A stretch of 37,987 nucleotides of DNA. Origin: a virus. The position numbers and the translations under genes were made by a program. Location of the stretch: the IMG/VR virus record IMGVR_UViG_3300032435_000033, positions 1 to 37,987 of that record, one strand, 5' to 3'. Positions 15,569 through 23,592 of the stretch are shown here, piece by piece. Position 1 is the first letter of the stretch. Every line of letters begins with the position of its first letter. The notes below the pieces were generated by a model. It did no database searches. It was not told where the DNA came from and was given only the letters and a program-made list of their open reading frames with translations.

Positions 15569-15915
15569 CAGTTTTTTAGTTTTTGGTTTAACCTCTTGCC
15601 AAAAACGCCTTCTTTTACAGCCTCAAGCAACGCTTCGTAATAAGGCCCGACTTCGCAAACGTCTTCAACATTTGCCTCTGTGAACGCAATTGTCTTCCCT
15701 TCTGCGTCTACAAATTCGTCCCACTCAATCAAGTGCTCTTTAATAAAATCAATGCCTTTAACGCCATCGATTTCATTCAAAAGCTTTGTCTTCTCGCTTA
15801 CTTTATATGTCCTGACCTTGATCACCAGCTTGTCGCGGATGATTCGACCTTTGTCACTTTCAGCGTCAACATTCACAACAATTTGTATTTCGTCTTTCTG
15901 GCCTTTCAATATCAT
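15568..15915 (-). CDS. Tail assembly chaperone, G-like
   Basis: A 115-aa acidic protein between the major tail protein and the tape measure gene. It ends in the slippery heptamer. Confidence 0.75.
   Translation of the reverse strand: MILKGQKDEIQIVVNVDAESDKGRIIRDKLVIKVRTYKVSEKTKLLNEIDGVKGIDFIKEHLIEWDEFVDAEGKTIAFTEANVEDVCEVGPYYEALLEAVKEGVFGKRLNQKLKN
15571..15577 (-). promoter_or_regulatory. Candidate -1 programmed frameshift site A_AAA_AAC
   Basis: The minus strand reads CTA AAA AAC TGA at the end of the G-like ORF, an X_XXY_YYZ heptamer in the correct phase. The -1 frame continues as LMEVGRYW... (the T-like ORF). Confidence 0.65.
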
Positions 15916-15999
15916 TTTTTTATCGTCCGTATTGAGCCCGTAAGTTTGAAAGGCACCCGGCGCGGTACGGACGGAACCAACGCCGGGGCCTAACTTGCA

Positions 16000-16941
16000 T
16001 CAAGTGAACGCAATGCTCCACTCATCGTCGCCGGCACTGGGTATCAGCAACATGTCCATATCAAGCTTTTCACGGCCGTTGTCTTCCCCCAAAGCGAGGT
16101 TGTGCAGCTGAACTTTGCCGGCTGTAATCGTTTCGATCTGACCCGCAACTGTACCGCGCACGATGCTTAGCGGCCCGGTCACAATCGCATTGTAGGATTC
16201 CACGCTGGTGAAAAAGTTCTTCGTGCCCAGTGTTGGAGCCAGCACGGATAGAGAGCCAACGGATTTACGTGTAACAAAATCAACACCCTTGAAACCAACC
16301 AGGTTTCGTGGCTTGATTTCAACGCCGGGCTTGACTGAATACGAAAGTACGATCGGTGAAAATCCATGAACTTCAAAGGTCGGTACGTTGTCTTCATCAA
16401 ACGTTTTGCCGGTCAGGAATGAAGTCAACACTGGGGTAATCTCAGTAGCTGTCGCTGGGCGCGTGTAAAAACCAGTCATCGTGTAAGTCAGCACGCCTTT
16501 TTGGTTTGCGGTTTCGTCCAGAGACACATCACCCTTACAATCGCTGATAGTGTGCCGCTGAGTGTTAGCGCCATTACCGATGTCGTAAAACATGGTCACT
16601 GGCACAGCTGTAACCGCAGGCGCGTAGGTGACGCTGGTACCCTCAACAATTGTCTCTGAACAGTGACAAGCCACGAGCAAAACACCGAACGCAGGCGGTG
16701 TCCCAGCCGTGCCAGAATTCGAAAGATAAGTTTTGAAGGTGATGTTAACCAACTGCTCCAACATGATCTCTTCGCCCGCGCCATGAAAGCCACGCGCAAT
16801 ATTGTCGCGGGAAAGTACAGGTCCGGTCAGCGGTGTGATATTAATATCAAATGCTTCGATTGCATTGACGCCGACTGGCGCTTCGGCAACATGCGCAACA
16901 GCCTGCGCTTTAGCCAGTAAGTAGTGCTCTTTTATGTACAT
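16000..16941 (-). CDS. Major tail (tube) protein
   Basis: It sits immediately upstream of the G/T chaperones (the lambda V position). Its composition is beta-rich. Confidence 0.7.
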   Translation of the reverse strand: MYIKEHYLLAKAQAVAHVAEAPVGVNAIEAFDINITPLTGPVLSRDNIARGFHGAGEEIMLEQLVNITFKTYLSNSGTAGTPPAFGVLLVACHCSETIVEGTSVTYAPAVTAVPVTMFYDIGNGANTQRHTISDCKGDVSLDETANQKGVLTYTMTGFYTRPATATEITPVLTSFLTGKTFDEDNVPTFEVHGFSPIVLSYSVKPGVEIKPRNLVGFKGVDFVTRKSVGSLSVLAPTLGTKNFFTSVESYNAIVTGPLSIVRGTVAGQIETITAGKVQLHNLALGEDNGREKLDMDMLLIPSAGDDEWSIAFT

Positions 16942-17138
16942 CAGATGTTACCTCGCGTTGATTTTCGGCCGCGGCCGGTGGTGGTTGCTGGTGCGGCCGA
17001 GACTGAGGTATCCAGATCTTCGCCCTGCGGTTCTTTTAATGCTCTATTCTCACGATCCAAAAACGTCTGCCGCTGCCCCGGCGTCAATTGGCTTTTTTTA
17101 CCGTTCTTAATCAGATAGGTACCGCCACGATTGTGCAT
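16941..17138 (-). CDS. Small basic hypothetical protein (65 aa)
   Basis: The ORF is coupled to the major tail gene start (shared nt 16941). Confidence 0.45.
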   Translation of the reverse strand: MHNRGGTYLIKNGKKSQLTPGQRQTFLDRENRALKEPQGEDLDTSVSAAPATTTGRGRKSTRGNI

Positions 17139-17148
17139 AGTCTCTCCG

Positions 17149-17535
17149 TTAATTTTGGTTGTATGAGGTTTGGTAAGTTTCCACCCACCACATGTCGCCT
17201 TTTATTTCCCAGGGATTTCCTTCGGCGAGTGTCAGCCGTGAGTGCTGAGGTGAATGTTTGTAAGTCAGTATCACCGGCCTTAGCGCATCAACAAGATCCT
17301 GCATGTCCTCCACAGGGCCAACAACGTAGCAGTTAACGAGTCGCGTGATTTCCTGATTGACAGGGTTATGAGAGATCGCACGACCACCGGAATCTTTGCC
17401 TGGGAAAAAAAATACAGCAGGGTATTCGTGCGCAGTATCCGCAGTGGGTTCCAGATCCTCTGCAGCCTTGACGGTCTTAAACACAGCGGGATAAACCGCC
17501 GACGCTTTGAGCAGTGCTATCAATTGATTTATCAC
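17149..17535 (-). CDS. Tail terminator / tail completion protein (lambda U position)
   Basis: Assigned by synteny only; it overlaps the upstream gene by 4 nt. Confidence 0.5.
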   Translation of the reverse strand: MINQLIALLKASAVYPAVFKTVKAAEDLEPTADTAHEYPAVFFFPGKDSGGRAISHNPVNQEITRLVNCYVVGPVEDMQDLVDALRPVILTYKHSPQHSRLTLAEGNPWEIKGDMWWVETYQTSYNQN

Positions 17536-18137
17536 CGTACACCTCTGTGTTTTTGCAGAAAATGGTAAATGTTCTGCTGCAGTATCCTGTCCCGGTTCTC
17601 CTCAAGGAATTTATCCACGGCCGCGATAACGTGCTTGCCTCTGACCATTTGAGAGGCACTTGGACCAGTCAGCTTTTTTAGTTTCGAAGCGCTGTTGTTT
17701 TGGTCAATACGTGCAAAAATCTGCTCAGCCCCGCCGCCGTCAATATCACCTGCTCGCGACTTTCCCTTGAACGCTGTACGCTTAATCTTTAGGGGTGCGC
17801 TCTTGCGGATCTTGACCTTGACGCCATAGCGAACACCACGAGCTGTTTTAATTTTGGGTGACGCCTTGCTGGCGAAGTGTCGAAGTGACACCCTGGCTGC
17901 GTAATAACTAAGAATTCTCTCGGGCATTGCCCCTGTCGCTTTAAACCCGCGCCTGAGAACTTTATTGATATCTGATTGCTTGAGAGGATAGTTTGCGCGA
18001 ACCTCCCGACTGATCACCGTGGCCACCTGATCAGATAACCGTTTCACGGTTGCATTCAGAGCATTTTGATAAACTTCCGGTGCAATCAAAGCCCGTACCG
18101 CAGCCAGATCATCAAAGCTGAACTTAAGACTTATCAC
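17532..18137 (-). CDS. Minor tail protein, lambda Z-like
   Basis: Its position and size (201 aa) fit gpZ-type tail completion proteins. Confidence 0.55.
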   Translation of the reverse strand: MISLKFSFDDLAAVRALIAPEVYQNALNATVKRLSDQVATVISREVRANYPLKQSDINKVLRRGFKATGAMPERILSYYAARVSLRHFASKASPKIKTARGVRYGVKVKIRKSAPLKIKRTAFKGKSRAGDIDGGGAEQIFARIDQNNSASKLKKLTGPSASQMVRGKHVIAAVDKFLEENRDRILQQNIYHFLQKHRGVR

Positions 18138-18457
18138 GGCTGAACACTCGCGTTTCTCTGCACTAACAGCCGGATCCGGATGTTGTTATCCTGAAGTGTT
18201 TCCAGATACCTGAAAACATCCCCCGCTCCGTCCTCAAACGTTGACGATTTACTCAGTGCAGCAACATCGCTTTTTATCGCGCTTAGAATGGTGACTCGCT
18301 TAGTTCTTCCCTCAGCATCGTAGATCTCAACGCCGTGCTTTATCTTCGCCTGAATCGTAGTCACGGCGGCATTTGCTGTAGCCCGGAAAGAAACAGGTTC
18401 GCCCGCGATATCAAGCGCATCGCGGGCTGCCTGTATTTGCTCATCACGAAGCGACAT
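18134..18457 (-). CDS. Head-tail joining protein (lambda FII position)
   Basis: Assigned by synteny; 107 aa; 4-nt overlap with the next gene. Confidence 0.5.
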   Translation of the reverse strand: MSLRDEQIQAARDALDIAGEPVSFRATANAAVTTIQAKIKHGVEIYDAEGRTKRVTILSAIKSDVAALSKSSTFEDGAGDVFRYLETLQDNNIRIRLLVQRNASVQP

Positions 18458-18459
18458 AA

Positions 18460-18801
18460 TTACTCGCCGGCACCTTGTCCGGATTCATCACCAGCATCAT
18501 CACCATCGTCACCACCAGCATCATCACCATCGTCACCACCAGCATCATCGCCGTCGCCACCATCCAAGCCGTCATCATTCAGCAAACTGGATTGGTTGCC
18601 GGTTTTAGCCGGACTTACAGGACCCTTCCCTTTTTTAGGTGTCAACTTGGCATCCGATTGTTCCGGCACCAGCATGTACAAACCGTCTGAGCCGAGTGCT
18701 ATTTTCTTCGATACCTCAACAACAGTTCCGGCTGGAATGATTGTTTTTGATTTATCAGCGGCACGTGTTTCAATTCTTTTCGTTGTTATATACTTTGGCA
18801 T
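18460..18801 (-). CDS. Protein with an acidic repetitive C-terminal tail (lambda FI position)
   Basis: ATG 18801 (MPKYITTKR...) lies downstream of the terminator hairpin; the ORF-track TTG start at 18837 would lie inside the hairpin. The C-terminus is (GGDDGDDA)x3. Confidence 0.55.
   Translation of the reverse strand: MPKYITTKRIETRAADKSKTIIPAGTVVEVSKKIALGSDGLYMLVPEQSDAKLTPKKGKGPVSPAKTGNQSSLLNDDGLDGGDGDDAGGDDGDDAGGDDGDDAGDESGQGAGE
18490..18561. repeat. 24-bp tandem repeat x3 (two identical copies, third with 3 mismatches)
   Basis: accagcatcatcaccatcgtcacc at 18490-18513 and 18514-18537, and a degenerate copy at 18538-18561. Confidence 0.9.
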
Positions 18802-18821
18802 TTTTTTCCATCCATATTGAG

Positions 18822-18855
18822 AAAAGCCCGCCTCCAAAGCTGGTGACGGGCTTTT
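18822..18855 (-). terminator. Hairpin with flanking A/T runs after the major capsid gene (candidate partial terminator)
   Basis: AAAAGCCCG (18822-18830) pairs with CGGGCTTTT (18847-18855), with a 16-nt loop. It lies in the capsid/next-gene intergenic region. Confidence 0.5.
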
Positions 18856-18889
18856 AATTGGCTATCTTTACTAAAGGTTTTATTCCCGA

Positions 18890-19900
18890 TTAAGCGGCTG
18901 CAGTTACCTTCGCGCAAACACTGGCGTTGATCAGTGGTAGTACAGGCAAAGGCGCCGACTGAGTCATGATGTACTCAAGCGCTGGGTCGTCGCTGACCCA
19001 GTTTTTGGGGAACATTTCCAAGGCTTGATAATTGGCCTTCCCATCCAGGATCGCGCCATACGCGCGCACACCAGGCGCACCCGTTGAGACCAGCAGCACT
19101 TCGTCTTCAGCGATGAACGTTGTCTTCTCGCCCGCCTCGTTGTGGTACCAGCCAGAGTACTCCCAGATCTCCGGGCCACCGGCGCCAAGGCGACCCACAA
19201 AAGTGGCAAACATTTGAGATGGGGCCATCTCAAGCACAGTCGCGGAACCTCTACGAGAGTCAATCAGTTTTTGGGTTTTCTCGTCAGACAGATACAGGCT
19301 TAGCGCCTCCCCGCCCATGATGATGTGCGTACATGGCGCGTCCATCAATCTCATCCAGTCGCGCAGGTCCGCATTAGGATCACGGCTGGCCTCCACTGTC
19401 CAACGAGCACCACCTGAAAGCGCAATCGTATTATCGGAATCACGCCCAAAATCAACTTCAACAGTTGGGTAATCGTCACCAGAGACCAATATCTTTCCAG
19501 TGCGCAGCAGTTGCGCCGCCATCCACTCCATTCGGCTCATGATCTGCCGCCGCTGTTGATCAAGGATATCGACACGAATCGCATTGGCGCGCTGCTCAGA
19601 CGTCAGACTGCCCGCCACAGCTTCTCCAGCTTTACGCACCAGAACGCGCTCAGGATCCACAACGTTTTTGGGTTTCACATAAGCTGGTTTTAGTTTTCTC
19701 AAAACGCTACCTTCAGAGGACCGCGCCTTACCTGCCACGTACGGAGATACAAAAGGAGCCAGTTTGTGTGTTTCATCCAGCTGATCAAAAGCGATTTCAC
19801 TGGTACCAAATGTCACAACATTTGGGAATATCAGGTTAAGAAGAAACGTGTCATGTCTCATCAGTCCGGCGATCAAAGCGAGCAGGGTCGTGGTATCCAT
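18890..19900 (-). CDS. Major capsid protein, lambda E family
   Basis: ...PAYVKPK..., ...YPKNWVSDDPALEYIMTQSAPLPVL at the C-terminus parallel lambda gpE. It follows the decoration protein gene. Confidence 0.9.
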   Translation of the reverse strand: MDTTTLLALIAGLMRHDTFLLNLIFPNVVTFGTSEIAFDQLDETHKLAPFVSPYVAGKARSSEGSVLRKLKPAYVKPKNVVDPERVLVRKAGEAVAGSLTSEQRANAIRVDILDQQRRQIMSRMEWMAAQLLRTGKILVSGDDYPTVEVDFGRDSDNTIALSGGARWTVEASRDPNADLRDWMRLMDAPCTHIIMGGEALSLYLSDEKTQKLIDSRRGSATVLEMAPSQMFATFVGRLGAGGPEIWEYSGWYHNEAGEKTTFIAEDEVLLVSTGAPGVRAYGAILDGKANYQALEMFPKNWVSDDPALEYIMTQSAPLPVLPLINASVCAKVTAAA

Positions 19901-19962
19901 AATGGGTCCTTATTCAAGTAAAGTTATACGTTTGATTGATTGAGAGTTACAAGTTGTTGCGG

Positions 19963-20331
19963 TTATGCCAGGGTCTTAACTGCGATTGGCGTGCCATCAA
20001 ATGCGGAGGCCTGGAGTGCAGCTGTGAAGCCGGCTTCCCATACCAGATTTGCGCTGTTAAATTCGCCGCTGTAGTAATACTGACAGATAGCATCGGCAGC
20101 AGCGGCATTGTAGTCATGTGCCAGAATGCCAACTGGCTTCTGCTGTCCGGTTTCGGCAGCCTGTACTGCTTTTGTCAGCTTTCCGCTTGCTGTAATTCTT
20201 CCAAGCACTGTGCCTGCGGTCAGGTTCTGACCTGTGATAAGCGTGCCTTTATTTGTTGCAATCGTGCCACCTATAACCAGCGGGTTATCCGCTGAGGTCT
20301 CAGTGCTGGATCCGGCTAATGCAGTGTTCAT
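19963..20331 (-). CDS. Head decoration protein, lambda D-like
   Basis: ...PVGILAHDY...YYSGEFNSANLVW... resembles gpD. ATG 20331 is preceded by AAGAGGA. Confidence 0.8.
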   Translation of the reverse strand: MNTALAGSSTETSADNPLVIGGTIATNKGTLITGQNLTAGTVLGRITASGKLTKAVQAAETGQQKPVGILAHDYNAAAADAICQYYYSGEFNSANLVWEAGFTAALQASAFDGTPIAVKTLA

Positions 20332-20392
20332 ATTGATTCCTCTTTCCGACAATTAAATAAGTTGGGGTTATCTTTCTTGTTGCAGTTGTTTG

Positions 20393-21766
20393 TTACTTTT
20401 TGCTTTTTCCTGTTGCTGCGTGATAGTCACCCATAATCGCAGCAGCTTGTGATGCAGAGTCACCCAATGGCACGGCAATCAGTCCGGCATTAGGTTGTCT
20501 CGTTGATGCCATCGCCGCATCAAGCAGCGTGTTATCACCGGACACACTGCCATCTGCGGCGGCCTCTGCCATCACGGCGATTGCAGCATCAGCACTAAGA
20601 TCGGTCTTGAACGCCAGATGATTGGCAAGTTTTGCTTTACCCTTTGACTCATCCGAGCCAAGGATCTGCTCAACCCGAGCGCGCTCAGCTGTTGCACTGG
20701 TCGCAATGGCGCCAGGATCAACGGCTCCAACACTGCCGAAAATTTCTGTTGCTGTGGGTGGATTCTCGGCTGTTGCCGATGCGGTTTCGGGTTGCTGGGC
20801 GGCAACGGGTTGCTTTGTATCTTTAGACATGGACGGTCCTCCGAGAGTTAATGTGCTGCCTTGGTTGGACAGGTAATCTATGAATTCATCAACAGCGTCA
20901 TTGCCGTTGACAAGCTGATCAGCAAAACCTATATCGATAGCGTCTTGCCCTCGATAAGTGCCTGCCTCCGTTGCCAGTATTGCTGCAATATCCATGTTGA
21001 GCATGGAGGCAACAAGTCCGGCAAATTCGTTCCGTAGAGCATCGGATTTTGATTGGAATTTGTTTAATACATCTGCGGGCAGATCCTCGTACGGGTTGCC
21101 ATCAACTTTGAATTGGCCTGAATGAATAAGCGTGACTTTTATACCCTCATCCTCCAGTTGCTTTTGAAAGCTCGCGTGCGCCATCAGCACGCCCACCGAG
21201 CCAGCAACCGCCGTTTGTGTGATCAACCGGCGACTGCCAGCACTGGCAAGGGCCATACCCGCAGAGCAGTGCATGTCGTAACACAGTGACCACAGTGGCT
21301 TGCCGGCAGCAGAGGCGATCGAGCGAATCTTCTGCGCGGCATCGAAGCAGCCAGCCACCTCGCCGCCCGGCGTGTCAAAATCAAGCAGAATGCCTTTCAC
21401 CTGGTGATTGCCTGCTGCATGGGCAACTCTGGCTACTACGCCGTCATACCCTGTCATGCCGCTATACGGCCTCAGATAGCCGTGCTTATGTACCAGCGTG
21501 CCGCTGATTGGCAGTACTGCCACACCGGCGTGCAACGTATAAGGAGCATCTACGTTATGCGCCGAGCCACCAAACCCATCAGCCATCAGATCACCACCCC
21601 GTGTGACCTTGAGCGTCTCTTGTTCAGTGACAAGCCCGGCATGATCCTGTATCTGCGTTATGCCAAGTCGCGAAGAGAGCGCATTGAAGAACACTCGAGC
21701 ATAGGACGGCTCCAGGAGCAATGGAGTGTTGAGCACGCGAGCCGCTAAATGAGAAAAATTCTGCAT
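20393..21766 (-). CDS. Head maturation protease (S49/ClpP-like) with C-terminal scaffold-like region (lambda C position)
   Basis: It follows the portal gene. The N-terminal ~280 aa are peptidase-like and the C-terminal part is Ala-rich. Confidence 0.8.
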   Translation of the reverse strand: MQNFSHLAARVLNTPLLLEPSYARVFFNALSSRLGITQIQDHAGLVTEQETLKVTRGGDLMADGFGGSAHNVDAPYTLHAGVAVLPISGTLVHKHGYLRPYSGMTGYDGVVARVAHAAGNHQVKGILLDFDTPGGEVAGCFDAAQKIRSIASAAGKPLWSLCYDMHCSAGMALASAGSRRLITQTAVAGSVGVLMAHASFQKQLEDEGIKVTLIHSGQFKVDGNPYEDLPADVLNKFQSKSDALRNEFAGLVASMLNMDIAAILATEAGTYRGQDAIDIGFADQLVNGNDAVDEFIDYLSNQGSTLTLGGPSMSKDTKQPVAAQQPETASATAENPPTATEIFGSVGAVDPGAIATSATAERARVEQILGSDESKGKAKLANHLAFKTDLSADAAIAVMAEAAADGSVSGDNTLLDAAMASTRQPNAGLIAVPLGDSASQAAAIMGDYHAATGKSKK

Positions 21767-21772
21767 TGATTG

Positions 21773-23377
21773 TTACCTCTGATTACCAGCTTCGGCTGAT
21801 TCGTTTTGATCCGGATCCAGTGCCATCACATTCATCCAGGATGGAGGCGGCAGGCCTGCAGTTCGTCGCTCAGCAACCTCGCGGACTTGCTGCGCAAATA
21901 TCTCCTGATAGTCATCACCTAACAGGGCGATCTCTTTCTCGTAAGTGCTCAAGCCAGACTCAATTTTCAGCACCGCCTCTTTGACTTCTTTGAGTCCGTC
22001 AATGGCTATCCGTCCGGAACCAATCCACTCAGCATTTGACCAGGCGGATTTAGCTTCGTAGAAATTGCGAGTCGCTTTTCTGGGCAGCGTTATCCATTTG
22101 CGCTGAATCATCTCTTCGAGCACCAGCGTATAGATCATGCTCGCATATCGGGACGCGATCACTTTTCGCTTACCCGTGAAATAGCGCCAGGACTCCATGA
22201 TTGACGCACGAGCCGATGAGTAGTTTGTCTTGCTGTAATCTCTCGCGAGCTGCTCATAGCTCACGCCCAGCCCTGCAGCCACATACCGCAGCAGTGAGGC
22301 TTCAAAATCCGAGTAGCCATTATCAGCCTGTTGCGAGGTCTTCAGATCCAGGTGCTCTCCTGGCAGTAGGTGTGGCACCTTGACGCCGTTCATTCGTATG
22401 TTCGCGCCCTCGTGGTATGCGTTTATCTGCGTGAGATAGTTTGTCAGCTTGCCCTCGTCCAGCCCGTTTTCGCCACCTATCATTTCCATTGCGGCATCAC
22501 CACCGAGTTCGGTCTCGATGGTCGCAGCGTACATTGCGTTAACGATCGCATTTTGCAGCTTGGTGTTCTGCAGTTTGCTGAGCATATGCAGCTGTTCCAT
22601 GATGCTCAGGAACTTATTTGCGCCCCGACTTTGGCCATCATCAGTTGGCTCGAACACATGCAGAAACTGCTGGCGACCCCAGGATGTTTCACGTGAAACT
22701 TCGTTCCAGTTATAACCAAGCCCATCACCAAAACCAAGCGCGTTTTCTGCCATGCTCTGAATAAAATACGACACAGCAGCGCCATTGCTATCGTGCCGCA
22801 CACCCCCGCGAACCGAAGCGCTGTCTGGCAAGTTATTCGGGTTAGAAATCCGGTGCGCGCTTACTACCTTGATAGCAGTGCGAGGCACTGATAACGGACG
22901 GTCTACTATCCATTCCGCGGCAGATGTAATTTCTCCGTGCGTAGTGTGTGTGCCGATGCCTTCGCGAACCAGCATTGTGAACGTTCGCTTGCGCTCGGCA
23001 TCCAGCCAGCAGCCCACTGGATCCTCTGCGATTTCCATCCAGACTGCTTCGATGTCATCAGCCAGCATCCGGCCATCAGATTCGGATATACCCAGCGATC
23101 TCCAGCGCGGCTTTGAGCTCAATCGAAAAAGATGCCCAACGATGTTATCGATGTGCAGTTGCACACCACCTTGTGCGATTCCGTGATTACGAACCAGGTC
23201 ATCAGCACGGGCATTGCCTGTCTTAAGTGTCGGCAGCAGTGCGGAATCGACAGTGCGAGCGCTGGTTGACCAGCCGCGTAATTGCCCACCGAACCCAGCC
23301 CCGGCGCCAGTAAACGCGCTGGCAGAAAACGACTTGTTTGTTGTTGGGTTTATAATGTTGATTTTGGGCTGCTGCAT
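21773..23377 (-). CDS. Portal protein, lambda B family
   Basis: A 534-aa protein between the gpW-like gene and the protease, in lambda order. Confidence 0.85.
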   Translation of the reverse strand: MQQPKINIINPTTNKSFSASAFTGAGAGFGGQLRGWSTSARTVDSALLPTLKTGNARADDLVRNHGIAQGGVQLHIDNIVGHLFRLSSKPRWRSLGISESDGRMLADDIEAVWMEIAEDPVGCWLDAERKRTFTMLVREGIGTHTTHGEITSAAEWIVDRPLSVPRTAIKVVSAHRISNPNNLPDSASVRGGVRHDSNGAAVSYFIQSMAENALGFGDGLGYNWNEVSRETSWGRQQFLHVFEPTDDGQSRGANKFLSIMEQLHMLSKLQNTKLQNAIVNAMYAATIETELGGDAAMEMIGGENGLDEGKLTNYLTQINAYHEGANIRMNGVKVPHLLPGEHLDLKTSQQADNGYSDFEASLLRYVAAGLGVSYEQLARDYSKTNYSSARASIMESWRYFTGKRKVIASRYASMIYTLVLEEMIQRKWITLPRKATRNFYEAKSAWSNAEWIGSGRIAIDGLKEVKEAVLKIESGLSTYEKEIALLGDDYQEIFAQQVREVAERRTAGLPPPSWMNVMALDPDQNESAEAGNQR

Positions 23378-23580
23378 CAGTAAACCCCTGCTGGCCTGCG
23401 ACGACCTGTGGTAGTGCCAATCTTTCGTTCCAGTGTTTCTATGTATGATTTGAGAGCTGCTCGGTCAGCCTGACCATACTGTGTTACTTCGCCGTCAACG
23501 GTAATGCTGACGATGGCGCGACCGGTCAGCAGCTTGTGATATGCCGCGCTTGCTTCGGCCAGATCGGTTGCTGTACTCAT
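23377..23580 (-). CDS. Head-to-tail joining protein W
   Basis: A 67-aa protein, ...AYHKLLTGRAIVSITVDGEVTQYGQADRAALKSYIETLERKIG...RRRPAGVY, which aligns by eye with lambda gpW. Confidence 0.85.
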   Translation of the reverse strand: MSTATDLAEASAAYHKLLTGRAIVSITVDGEVTQYGQADRAALKSYIETLERKIGTTTGRRRPAGVY

Positions 23581-23592
23581 GTTTTTCCCTGA

